64,000 nucleotides of DNA from Terriglobia bacterium (GTDB lineage: Bacteria > Acidobacteriota > Terriglobia > 20CM-2-55-15): contig CBDAOY010000004.1 of the NCBI GenBank assembly GCA_965198225.1, positions 32,001 to 96,000 on the forward strand, in the 5' to 3' direction. A program made the translations under genes and the position numbers. The notes beneath the pieces are model-generated. The model did not search any database and was not told the DNA's origin. It saw nothing but the letters and a program-made list of their open reading frames with translations. Positions 18,926 through 28,737 of this stretch are shown here, piece after piece. Within the stretch, counting starts at the first letter, position 1. Each line of letters opens with the position of its first letter.

Positions 18926-21900
18926 TCACTGCTGCAAGCTCATCCCAAGGAGCCGCTCCAGGCCCTGAATGTGGGCCTGCAGCGCGGTGTTGAGCTCCTC
19001 GTACCGCTCACGCGCGTCCCTGCCCGGCCGTTGGTCGGCCCTGTCCAGGTTGCCGTACAGGTACTGGAGTTGGTCGACCAGCATCGGCCGCGAGTAGCGA
19101 ATAGGCGCGGTCACCAGTTGATCGAGGAGCTCGGTAAGTCTCGCGTCCACGTTTTCAGCCTGCTCCTCGAGCGCATTCTCGAGGTGCGCCGCCGCCAGGC
19201 GCGCGGTGCTGAGGGCATCCCGGACCCGGAGGCTGAGGTCCACCTGTGCAGTGACGTCAGCCGGCGTGATCCCTTCTTCGATAACGCGCGGATCCATCCT
19301 CGCGTCGAACGAGCGCGTGTCGCTCCAGTCCCCTATTGTGAGTCGGGCCTGGTAGGTTCCCTGCGGGGCCATCGGTCCGCCACGCCCGGCGCGGTTCGCG
19401 TTCTCATCCCACGGCCCCGGGTACCGGAGATCCCACACGAACCGATGCATGCCCGCGCTCTTCGGGAGCCGGGCCGTGCCGGCCTGTTCCAGCCGAAAAG
19501 CCACCATCGTTGCCGCTTCGGGCAACCCCGCCGGTTCTTCCGCCTCCTCGCTGGAGAACTCGCGGATCAGATCGCCCCGGGCATCGAGAATCTCGAGCCG
19601 GATCTCAGCGCCGGCCTCGTTGGCCAGGTAGTAGTCGAAGTTCGCCCCGACCCGCGGGTACTGCGGCTCGTCCGGCCTTCGTCCACCGAATCTCCCGCCC
19701 CCAAGCAGGCGGTACGCTTCGCGCACGCCGAAGAGATGCGCGTCGGCCGATGCCACCTGGTCGGAAAGCTCCAGGATGGGCGTGATGTCGTACAAAATCC
19801 AGAAGCCCCGGCCCATGGTCGATAGTACGAGGTCCTTGTTCACGATTTTGATGTCGGTCACCGGAGTGGCCGGCAGATTGAGCTGGAAGGATTGCCAGTG
19901 CTCCCCGTCATCGAAGGAGATGAACATCCCGAACTCGGTTCCCGCATAGAGCAGACCTTCCCGATCCGGATCTTCCCGGACTACGTGCACGGGGTGGTCG
20001 TTCGGGATCCCGTTGTCGCCCGTGGTGATCCGGGTCCATGTCTCACCGTAATTTTCAGTCCTGTAGACGTGGGGCTCGAAATCGCCGAGGAGGTAACGCA
20101 GTACGGAGGCGTACGCCTTGGCCGGGTCGTGGGGCGACACATCGATCGTCTGAACACGGCCGTAGGGGCCGAGGTCCGGAGGGGTCACGTCCGTCCAGTT
20201 CTCTCCGCCATCCCGCGTGATGTGGATCGGGCCATCGTTGGCCCCCACCCAGATCACGCCGGGCTCATGCGGTGACTCCTGGATGTCGTAAATCACGCTG
20301 AAATGTTCCTCACCGGTGGCGTCGATCGTGATGGGCGTCCCCGACACAACCTGCGTTTCCGGAGTAAAGGCCGTCAAGTCGGGAGAGATCGTGTCCCAGG
20401 TCTGGCCTCCGTCCACCGTCACGTGCACGAACTGCGAGGTGTGATAGACCCGGTTCGGGTCGTGGGGCGAGACGTGGACCGGCGCGACCCGCTGGAAACG
20501 ATACGCGAGATCTTTTGGGTTGTGGCCGTAGATGTTCCAGAACCCGACGTAGTACTGCTGCTCCTGCCCGGTCCGTCGGTTGTAGAGCCCAAAGCGCCCC
20601 TTGCAGTTGGCATAGACGATGTCCGGGTCCCCGGGCTTGGGAACGACGGGGCCGGTCTCGCAGCCGCCGTGGCTTTCCCACAGCGCGGTGTGACCGCCCG
20701 GCACGCCGGCCGGGGGGAGGCTCGGAACGGAGATCGTGGAGTTGTCTTGTTGCCCGGCGTAGAGTCTGTAGGCGAACCCGTCGCTCACGTCCACCTGGTA
20801 CAGCTCGGCGGTCGGTTGGTTGTGCTGCGTGGACCAGGTCTCACCGCCGTTCAAGGTGACGTTGGCACCTCCGTCGTTCGACTGGATGAAGATCTCCGGG
20901 TTGTCCGGATTGATCCACATGTCGTGGTTGTCCCCGTGTGGCGTAGGTCGCGACGCCCAGGTCTTGCCGCCATCCTCAGACTTCCAGAAGCCTTCGGCCT
21001 GCCCCCACAGGATGTCCGGGTTCGTCGGATGGGCGTCCAGGTTCAGGTAATAGAACGGACGGTTGAGAATCGGCTGAAAGTCCGTGACCTGAGACCAGCT
21101 GGCGCCACGGTCGTAGGACCGGTACACGCCGCCGTCCGGCTTCGGTGCTTCGATGAGGACGTAGACACGATCGGGGTCGCCGCCCGACACCGCCAGGTCC
21201 GCCTTCCCTCGAAGCCCGTTTGGGAGACCATTCGTCAGATGGGTCCACGTGTCGCCGCCGTCTGCGGACTTATAGACGCCGCCCTCGTAGCCACCGCTGA
21301 TGATCGTCCAGGGCGTCCGCTGGGCAAGCCAGGTCGTCGCGTAAATCTCCCGCGGGTTGTCCGGGGCGAACTCCAGGTCCACCGCGCCCGACCTTTCCGA
21401 TACGAAGAAGACCTTCTCCCAGGACTCGCCCCCATCCTTCGTCCGGTAGACACCACGCTCGGGATTCGGCGCGAAGGTTTCGCCGGCATCGACGGACGTC
21501 GGCGCGAACGGGTTGTAGCCCACGTGCTCCCAGGTTTCGCCGGCATCGACGGACTTGTAGACCCCTTTTCCGATGATGACGTTGCTTCGAAGCCCGTCCG
21601 AACCCGTCGCAACGTAGACGACGTTCGGGTCCGACTCGGCTACACGGATGGCCCCGATGGAGCCCGTGGCGAAGTATCCATCGGACACGGGGTGCCACGA
21701 CTGGCCATAGTCCGTGGTCTTCCAGACACCACCCCCGGTAGCCCCCATGTAAAACGTCGACGGCTGAGCGCGATGGCCGGCGACCGCCGTGACGCGGCCA
21801 CCCCGAGAGGGCCCGATCATCCGGTAGGACAGACCCGAGAACAGGTTCGGGGAGTAGACCTCGTTGCCAGACGAGGATGTAGATTGAGCAACCAGCCCTT

Positions 21901-21958
21901 TTGACAGGCCGATCGTCAGTATCGCTACGGACACCACCACACCGATCTTCGTACGCAT
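18926..21958 (-). CDS. Second VPS10/BNR-repeat glycosyl hydrolase-like protein (in-frame internal rearrangement near 21500)
   Basis: YRMIGPSRGGRVTAV, Asp-boxes, HGDNHDMWINP; RBS GAGGAGG before MRTKIG. Confidence 0.85.
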   Translation of the reverse strand: MRTKIGVVVSVAILTIGLSKGLVAQSTSSSGNEVYSPNLFSGLSYRMIGPSRGGRVTAVAGHRAQPSTFYMGATGGGVWKTTDYGQSWHPVSDGYFATGSIGAIRVAESDPNVVYVATGSDGLRSNVIIGKGVYKSVDAGETWEHVGYNPFAPTSVDAGETFAPNPERGVYRTKDGGESWEKVFFVSERSGAVDLEFAPDNPREIYATTWLAQRTPWTIISGGYEGGVYKSADGGDTWTHLTNGLPNGLRGKADLAVSGGDPDRVYVLIEAPKPDGGVYRSYDRGASWSQVTDFQPILNRPFYYLNLDAHPTNPDILWGQAEGFWKSEDGGKTWASRPTPHGDNHDMWINPDNPEIFIQSNDGGANVTLNGGETWSTQHNQPTAELYQVDVSDGFAYRLYAGQQDNSTISVPSLPPAGVPGGHTALWESHGGCETGPVVPKPGDPDIVYANCKGRFGLYNRRTGQEQQYYVGFWNIYGHNPKDLAYRFQRVAPVHVSPHDPNRVYHTSQFVHVTVDGGQTWDTISPDLTAFTPETQVVSGTPITIDATGEEHFSVIYDIQESPHEPGVIWVGANDGPIHITRDGGENWTDVTPPDLGPYGRVQTIDVSPHDPAKAYASVLRYLLGDFEPHVYRTENYGETWTRITTGDNGIPNDHPVHVVREDPDREGLLYAGTEFGMFISFDDGEHWQSFQLNLPATPVTDIKIVNKDLVLSTMGRGFWILYDITPILELSDQVASADAHLFGVREAYRLLGGGRFGGRRPDEPQYPRVGANFDYYLANEAGAEIRLEILDARGDLIREFSSEEAEEPAGLPEAATMVAFRLEQAGTARLPKSAGMHRFVWDLRYPGPWDENANRAGRGGPMAPQGTYQARLTIGDWSDTRSFDARMDPRVIEEGITPADVTAQVDLSLRVRDALSTARLAAAHLENALEEQAENVDARLTELLDQLVTAPIRYSRPMLVDQLQYLYGNLDRADQRPGRDARERYEELNTALQAHIQGLERLLGMSLQQ

Positions 21959-22103
21959 GGTTCCATGCCTCCTCGGGAAATCTGTCGCTGTCAAATGGTA
22001 GAGGGGTGGATTATACGCCAGTCGTTTGTCACCACGAAAGTTCCGGGTTGTCACTTGCCGCCTGCAGAATCTACAGACACCAGTATTTCCGGCGTTCATG
22101 GAT

Positions 22104-22472
22104 CTACCGAGTCATCAGCCACAGTATGCGGTCGTAGGAAAGTGCGTAATGTACAGCGGTAGCAATGCCCAAGGTCCATGCTAATGCACGGGAGTCAAGG
22201 TCATACAGAAACCAGCAAGCAAGAGAGAAGATCGCCAACTCTATTCCGAGCCGAAGAACTCCGGGCACAGGAACCGGTGCGGTACCCGATCGACTCGGAT
22301 CGTCGACGACCGCGAAAACGCCCCACATCGCCGCTGCGATTAGCGGAACTCCAGCAGCGAGGATGAGCCTCGTCCAGCCCTCGCCCTGTCGCCAGCCCCA
22401 CCAACCCATGGCAAGTAATGCGGCAAGTTCTAGAAAAAAACGAATGAGAAGGTTAAGCGGATGAGAACCCAT
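22104..22472 (-). CDS. YrdB/DUF2568 family small membrane protein
   Basis: NLLIRFFLELAAL..GWWG..P..AA.WG.F pattern. Confidence 0.75.
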   Translation of the reverse strand: MGSHPLNLLIRFFLELAALLAMGWWGWRQGEGWTRLILAAGVPLIAAAMWGVFAVVDDPSRSGTAPVPVPGVLRLGIELAIFSLACWFLYDLDSRALAWTLGIATAVHYALSYDRILWLMTR

Positions 22473-22581
22473 GTTGAACCGTGTCTTCCCTGATCCACTC
22501 TACCGAGAAGCCGAAGGGGCGCAGACTGGCCCTCTGCATCCTGGTCCCAGGCCATTCAGATGCGGGTCTGGGAGACGCCGC

Positions 22582-23262
22582 TCAGTTAAGGAACTCGACT
22601 GAGACTATGTCCGAGATCCGACGGGACACGATGTTGCCGGCTCGATCGAGTCCGACGAACTTCATGGTCAGTGGAAATGTTCCCGCCGACCCAGTCGCCA
22701 GCCTTTCGACTCTCCCAATAAGGCCAGCCCCGCGCTTCAGCAAGACCCTGCCGGCGTCGCCTTCAAAAAATAAACGGGAGATGTCTCGCAGGTCTAGAAC
22801 GTGCTGAACGCCGGAGGGATCCTGGACAAAGAGTCTTGTGTCATCGAAAGGAATTCCCAGCGTGGACATGGCCGGATCAGCCCCATAGTTCATCTTCAGG
22901 CAATAGATCTCCGTCGCGACATTGTTCACGTCCGTTACCAGCGCATGAATTCCCTTTTCTTGTATCGACGCGACGAGAGATCGCCGCTCTGCTGAGTCGC
23001 TCAGGGCCACACGGATGGTCTTCATATCGTATCGGGCGAACTGAATGACTGCTTGTCCAAGCAGGTCAGCATGAGAGTTCCAATAGTAGTATTCGATCCA
23101 CGTCGGCTCGCCTCCCCTTCCTTCAACCCTGTAAATGACGACGTCCCGTGCGAGTGTTTTCTCACCGCTATCAGTCACTTGGAAGAGGTCATCGGCACGC
23201 AAATAACTTGCCGTGCCAAGAACGATTGGCAGCACATACGCCAGCGTTCTAGCGGTCTTCAT
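22582..23262 (-). CDS. Exported hypothetical protein
   Basis: RBS GAGGAG, signal peptide, 226-aa ORF with no recognised motif. Confidence 0.65.
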   Translation of the reverse strand: MKTARTLAYVLPIVLGTASYLRADDLFQVTDSGEKTLARDVVIYRVEGRGGEPTWIEYYYWNSHADLLGQAVIQFARYDMKTIRVALSDSAERRSLVASIQEKGIHALVTDVNNVATEIYCLKMNYGADPAMSTLGIPFDDTRLFVQDPSGVQHVLDLRDISRLFFEGDAGRVLLKRGAGLIGRVERLATGSAGTFPLTMKFVGLDRAGNIVSRRISDIVSVEFLN

Positions 23263-23398
23263 TGTCGCTCCTCAATTTCTTGCCTGGCTCCCAATTCTCC
23301 GGTAAGGCACAACAATACGGCCAGGTGGATTGTCGCGGCCTGCTGATGTGCTGTAGTCGAAAATCAGTGCCGGGAACCAGGTCCGCCGGGACGTGCTT

Positions 23399-24745
23399 TC
23401 AGCTTAGGAGACGGATGTGAACCGTCGTGCCAACTCCGACCGTACTGTCGATCCAGATGCGGCCACCGATCTCGTCGATGGTTCTCTTGCAGGTGGGAAG
23501 ACCGATTCTCAGGCCGATCCGTTCCCCGGTCGCCTTCTTCGTAAAACCGAACTCGAATATCCCCGACAGCACTTCTTCGGGTATGCCGGGCCCGTGGTCG
23601 GCGATCTGGGCTTCTACCTCGCCCTCGCGCGTGGTGAGCTGTATCGACACCTCGCCGGTTTCCGACGCATCCAGGGCATTCTGAATCAGTGTCAGAAAGG
23701 CTCGATTCAGCTTCGATGGATAACACTCGACCATTGCGGCTGGTGCGATGTTCTTCCTGATCCGCTCACGCTCCTCCTCGGATCCAAGGATTCCCAGCGC
23801 GCTATCGATACTCTCACGCACGTCGATCACCTGGCGGTCCGCTTCGTCGAAGGCGACGAACTGCTTCAGGTTGTCGACGGTGGCGGCGATACGAGTGCTA
23901 CTTTCCTCGACGGTCTTCACGACGTCTGACCCAACGCCTATCGCCCTGCGCACGCTCTGGGCTCCCGCGTCCTCCTCCGATCGGGATTCAACGTACAGGC
24001 GACATCGCTCCATGATCGTTCGAAAGGTGTCTGCCGCCGACTGAAGCACGCCCAGCGGAGTGTTGGTCTCATGTAAAATGCCCGCGACGAGACGACCGAC
24101 GGCCGCCTGCTTTTCAGCCTCGACGAGTTGGCTGCGAGCCAGTGCGAAGGCCTCCGCCTGCTCTTTCTCCCGTATCAGCGCCGCTTCCTTGTCTGACCTT
24201 TCCTCCTGTAGGCGGTCCTCCGCCTGCTCGAGGCCTCGAATGAAGTAGTAGATTATCGCGCCAACAGAGAGAAGTGCGACAACGAAGTTGACAGCGCCGA
24301 TTCTGGCCACAATCTCGACGGTCTCGGGCGAAAGCGGACCACTCGTCGGTGCCACGCTCCAGGTCGTCAAAGCAGCGACGAGGCCGACGCCCAGCAACAG
24401 CCATGTATGTCTGCGGTAAGTCCGTTCAAACAGCAAGAACGGCGCGATCACGATTGCGGGCAGAAAGTTGAGGTAGCCGCCAAGAGCGCCGAAGTAGGTC
24501 CCGAAGGCGACCACGTGAACCGTGGCCTCCAGCATCATCAGCCATACGGACACTTTCGGTCGACCGAGCCAGAGAAGGACTACGCACCCGCACCAGAGTG
24601 CCACGGACGCCACGTTGATGACGGCAATCTCTCCGAGTCCAAACCACGCGTAGTACCCTGCCAGCCCCGCGTGCGTCAAACCGCCCGAGGTCGCGGCGTA
24701 CAATCGCGGCAGGCTGTGCGGAGCGTCATCGCGGCTAGGAAACAT
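23399..24745 (-). CDS. Orphan membrane sensor histidine kinase
   Basis: Multi-TM N-terminus; AGILHETNTPLG H-box; NALDA, DHGPGI, FTKK, GxGTT boxes. Confidence 0.88.
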   Translation of the reverse strand: MFPSRDDAPHSLPRLYAATSGGLTHAGLAGYYAWFGLGEIAVINVASVALWCGCVVLLWLGRPKVSVWLMMLEATVHVVAFGTYFGALGGYLNFLPAIVIAPFLLFERTYRRHTWLLLGVGLVAALTTWSVAPTSGPLSPETVEIVARIGAVNFVVALLSVGAIIYYFIRGLEQAEDRLQEERSDKEAALIREKEQAEAFALARSQLVEAEKQAAVGRLVAGILHETNTPLGVLQSAADTFRTIMERCRLYVESRSEEDAGAQSVRRAIGVGSDVVKTVEESSTRIAATVDNLKQFVAFDEADRQVIDVRESIDSALGILGSEEERERIRKNIAPAAMVECYPSKLNRAFLTLIQNALDASETGEVSIQLTTREGEVEAQIADHGPGIPEEVLSGIFEFGFTKKATGERIGLRIGLPTCKRTIDEIGGRIWIDSTVGVGTTVHIRLLS

Positions 24746-24849
24746 GGCTCTTCACTCGGACCAGTTTGACTGGGTTAGCGATCCCGCTTCGAATCAGCCC
24801 AGAGTAGTGACCTGGGGATTTCTCGATGAGAACGGACGGTCTCAATCCG

Positions 24850-25050
24850 TCACGCCCTGGCACACGCGCTGATGACCGGATTCGATATCAGCACCCTACT
24901 GGCATCAGACTCCACTTGACGAAAGTCATCGAGCAAGGAGTTAAACTCCGCTGAGTCCATATGACCGGCACTCACGAGCGCCTGACCAATTGCCTCAAAC
25001 GTCCAGGTATGCATTCGCCTGACCGCTCTTCTCAAGGTCGAGACTTGCAA
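24850..25050 (-). pseudogene. Probable C-terminal fragment of a SAM-dependent methyltransferase-like gene
   Basis: TFEAIGQALVSAG..EFNSLLDDF..PVISACAR resembles methyltransferase C-termini; no 5' part. Confidence 0.35.
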
Positions 25051-25476
25051 GATGGGAAGCCGTATAGGGATTCAGGAGGTTAGCCAGAAGCTGCTGCCGT
25101 GCGAGATTCTTTTCGCTGATCGTATATGCCATATCACTCTTATACTCCGACCCCCTGACAGCAGAGCAGATGTTTCATCAAACGTTCTTCCAGCGATCCC
25201 GCCCGTCACCTTGCAGCCATCCCGTGAGCCGCGGCGAAGCTCCGGGCGTCCGAAGAAGCGTAGCCATTTGTCGTTGATGGCCAGCGATTCGCCGCGCCCA
25301 CAACGGTCAAATGTAAAATGTTCAATGTCCAATCGGGACGCTCGACACAAGCACCACGTCGTTTACCCGTGCAATGGGCTGCGACGAGCGAGAGGCTCTC
25401 ATCGATCATCCACAACGCGATTCCCGACACTGAGGAGGCTAGACTTGCCTCTTCGCACTCCTGCATACTGCCTTCC

Positions 25477-26571
25477 ATGCTGGACCCACTCCGTTTGAAC
25501 CGCTTGTTCTCAGCACTGATGAGCAGTTTTCTGCTCTCCATAGCCATCGGTCTCGCCATGTCGGCGACTCCGGTCATCGCTCGCGCTCAGGAAGATCTGC
25601 CGCGGATCGTGGTCCTGGCGACGGGCGGTACGATCGCCAGCACGTACGACGACACGATCGGTGCGCTGCGCGTCGCCTTAACAGGCGACGAGATCGTCAA
25701 CGCGGTCCCGGGCCTGGACGAGATCGCTCGGATCACTGTCGAACAGGTTGCGAACGTGAACAGTCGGAACATGACCCCCGCCATCTGGCTCCGACTCTCC
25801 AGGAGGGCGAACGAGCTCCTCGCTATGCCTGATGTCGCCGGCGTCGTGGTAACGCACGGCACGGACACGCTCGAGGAGACGGCATATTTTTTGGATCTCA
25901 CGGTGACGAGCGACAAGCCGGTCGTCGTGGTCGGCGCGCAGCGAGCTCCCGCCAACTACGACTCCGACGGACCGCGAAACATGCTGAACGCGGTCCGCGT
26001 CGCTGCGTCTCCAGAAGCGGTCGGTATGGGCACGATGGTCGTGATGAACGGACAAATTAACGCAGCACGGGAGGTCACCAAGACCAACACACTCGACGTT
26101 GAGACCTTCCAAACGCTCGACTTTGGTCTTCTCGGCGTCGCGGATGTCGAGAAAGTCCGCTTCTACAGGGCGCCGTTCCGTCGCCAAACCATCGCGCTCG
26201 ATACAGAAGTCGAGCTGCCGAACGTCGTGATCTTCAGTGAATATGCAGGATCCGATGGCCGGTCCATTGAGCTGCTTCTCGAAGACGGGAACCTTGACGG
26301 AGTTGTCATCGCGGGCCTTGGCCTCGCGCACGTGAGCGATCGGACACTGGAAGCCCTGCGCGCGGTGCGCGAACGCGGAATTCCGGTCGTGGTCAGTTCG
26401 CGGGTACTGACCGGACGGATCGTCCCGCTATACGCCAACAACGTCGAACTGTTGAACATCGGCGCCGTACAAGCGGACAACCTGAGTCCCCAGAAAGCCC
26501 GGGTACTGCTCATGGTTGCGATGACGAAGTCCACCGATACAGAGGAGCTCCGACGTTACTTCAGCCGCTGA
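25477..26571 (+). CDS. Type II (exported) L-asparaginase/glutaminase
   Basis: LATGGTIAS, THGTDTLEET, DGPRN, LSPQKAR; signal peptide. Confidence 0.92.
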   Translation: MLDPLRLNRLFSALMSSFLLSIAIGLAMSATPVIARAQEDLPRIVVLATGGTIASTYDDTIGALRVALTGDEIVNAVPGLDEIARITVEQVANVNSRNMTPAIWLRLSRRANELLAMPDVAGVVVTHGTDTLEETAYFLDLTVTSDKPVVVVGAQRAPANYDSDGPRNMLNAVRVAASPEAVGMGTMVVMNGQINAAREVTKTNTLDVETFQTLDFGLLGVADVEKVRFYRAPFRRQTIALDTEVELPNVVIFSEYAGSDGRSIELLLEDGNLDGVVIAGLGLAHVSDRTLEALRAVRERGIPVVVSSRVLTGRIVPLYANNVELLNIGAVQADNLSPQKARVLLMVAMTKSTDTEELRRYFSR

Positions 26572-26639
26572 AGTCAGCAGCCTGTGGCAAAACCCTGAAG
26601 GGTCGCTGACCGCTTTTCGTCTCTGGGAGTCTTCCGCGA

Positions 26640-27710
26640 TCACTCGCGGGGATTGCGGCGCGCGAAGTCGTCGGCAATCTCATCAAAGGTCACGAAGCGC
26701 ACCCCCACCTTGGCCTTCATGTACGCAATGAGCCGTTCGAGCATCAGCAGAACCTGAGGTCGTCCGGAGACATCTGGATGTATCGTCATGGTGAAGACCG
26801 CGTACTGGTTCTCGCGGTACACCCAGTCGAACTGGTCCTTCCACATCTGCTCGAGGTCGCGAGGGTTCACGAAGCCGTGGCTGTTGGGCGCAGCCTTGAT
26901 GAACATCATCGGGGGAAGATCGTCGAGGTACCAGTTGGCTGGAATCTCAATGAGATCGGTCTCGACACCGCGTACCAGGGGTTTCATCCACTCCGAAGCA
27001 GGCTTGCTGTAGTCGATCTTCGTCCATGTGTCTTCCCGACGGACGTAGTAGGGGTGGAAATCGTCGTGCATCAGACTGTGGTCGTATTTGATGCCTCGCT
27101 CAAGTAGCAACTCGGGTGTAAACGAGCTGAACTCCCACCATGGCGCGACGTACCCCGTTGGTTTCCTGCCCGTCAGCTCCGTGATCAGTTCGATGCTCTT
27201 GTCCAGAACCGCCGCTTCCTGTTCGCGCGTCATCGAGATCGGGTTCTCGTGGCTATAGCCATGGATGCCGACCTCGTGCCCCGCCTCGGCAACCGCCTTC
27301 ATCTGATTCGGAAATGTCTCAATCGAGTGCCCTGGAATAAACCAGGTCGTCTTGATGTCCGTGTCTTTGAACAATTTGAGCAGGCGGGGGGATCCGACTT
27401 CCCCCGCGAACATGCCTCGCGAAATGTCATCCGGTGAGTCCTGTCCCCCGTAGGAGCCAATCCATCCGGCTACGGCGTCGACATCCACGCCGAATGCGAC
27501 GAGGATTTCCTTGTCCGTGTCCTGTGCGCCGAGGTTCCTGGTGAATCCCGCGATCGCCAGAATCGTGATTGCCAGTGTCGTTGCAGCCAACTTTGCGACC
27601 CCGAACAGGCTCGGTAGCCGGCTCGGGGCAGTCCGAATCGCCAGGTCGTTGGCGCGTGTGGGGCCACTCGTCATGTCGTTCTCCATGTTTGTGGGTTTGT
27701 CCTGCGTCAC
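26640..27710 (-). CDS. CE4 polysaccharide deacetylase (PgdA/PuuE-like)
   Basis: [42 protein letters not shown]. Confidence 0.88.
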   Translation of the reverse strand: MTQDKPTNMENDMTSGPTRANDLAIRTAPSRLPSLFGVAKLAATTLAITILAIAGFTRNLGAQDTDKEILVAFGVDVDAVAGWIGSYGGQDSPDDISRGMFAGEVGSPRLLKLFKDTDIKTTWFIPGHSIETFPNQMKAVAEAGHEVGIHGYSHENPISMTREQEAAVLDKSIELITELTGRKPTGYVAPWWEFSSFTPELLLERGIKYDHSLMHDDFHPYYVRREDTWTKIDYSKPASEWMKPLVRGVETDLIEIPANWYLDDLPPMMFIKAAPNSHGFVNPRDLEQMWKDQFDWVYRENQYAVFTMTIHPDVSGRPQVLLMLERLIAYMKAKVGVRFVTFDEIADDFARRNPRE

Positions 27711-27942
27711 ATGATCGCAGACGCAGCAGCGGGTTCGCTACAGAGACATAGTGGCGGCTCCCGTAGGGCGTCCATCTGGACTGCCGCGAACGACCGGGTG
27801 ACGATGCAAGAGCAGCGACTTGTGTCGACCGGTCTGAACCAGCCAGTCACGCTCATCGGATCCTGGATGCCGGCCTCAAGTTCAAGCCCCTGCCAAGCGT
27901 TCGGATCGTTCATGATCTCCTGGCCAAACGACCCGCTTGCCG

Positions 27943-28164
27943 AATGGTGGCTATATTCGGGTGGTTCAACGGGGCGAGTAGTTTGGCTTCACGTTCAAAC
28001 CGGGCGAGACGTTCTCGATCCTTGGCGAACTCTTCGGGCAAGGTCTTGATCGCCATTTCGCGTCCGAGCCTGGAGTCCCACGTGAGCCACACCTTGCCCA
28101 TCTCGCCCTTTCCGAGGGCTGAAACGACTTCGTGGTGCGCGAGTTTCGAACCGGGCTGGATCAC
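27943..28164 (-). pseudogene. 5' remnant of Ser/Thr kinase paralog
   Basis: MIQPGSKLAHHEVVSALGKGEMG..AIKTLPEEF..LNHPNIATI then breaks off. Confidence 0.9.
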
Positions 28165-28297
28165 GCCTGAATAAGACTACAGGAAGGAGTTGGGGTCAAT
28201 CAGAAGGTCACATCCCTGATAAACCGCCTAGCCTGACATCTGAATTGAACCTGAATTCATAGGGTTTCGTGAAAATCCAACTTACCGCGATGGCGAC
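28165..28297 (-). promoter_or_regulatory. Conserved kinase-upstream element, copy A
   Basis: Similar to 30185-30316, 38249-38371, 41188-41252; TAGTCT -10-like box 9 nt before GTG start. Confidence 0.75.
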
Positions 28298-28398
28298 CAT
28301 CCGGACAAGTGGAATTGCTGCACTACTGTTCAGACGATATTCAAGACGGTTACTGAGGATAGGAATGCGGAGTCAGCGATGAGAAGAGAACGAAGACG

Positions 28399-28600
28399 CT
28401 ACGGGACCGGCACCCCCGTTCCTTCAGTTCTTCAAATCATTTCCGGACGGTGTCGACTCCCGGGGCAGTGGGATTGCGGCAAATCATTTCCGGACGGTGT
28501 CGACTCCCGGGGCAGTGGGATTGCGGCATCAATTCAACGTTGCTCTCAGTTCTTCGACCCAATTCTCGATAACGATCAACGATTGAGTTGATCGAAGCTG
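28399..28600 (-). pseudogene. Two 3'-terminal remnants of kinase paralogs
   Basis: LIVIENWVEELRATLN* (stop 28529-28531) and FEELKER/VPVP* (stop 28399-28401), matching VVLNWFEELKQLVPVP* at 30384. Confidence 0.7.
28434..28527. repeat. Perfect 47-bp tandem duplication
   Basis: AAATCATTTCCGGACGGTGTCGACTCCCGGGGCAGTGGGATTGCGGC x2. Confidence 0.95.
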
Positions 28601-28737
28601 GCCCGCAAAAGCCGACGATACATGGACGGTCGGCAGCTCGAGCGTACGTGCTCGTCGAGCTCATCCTCGCGCACTGGACGGCGACCGAACATAGACGGCC
28701 CCCACATCCAGAGTGGAGGGGAGACCGAGGATCGTTT

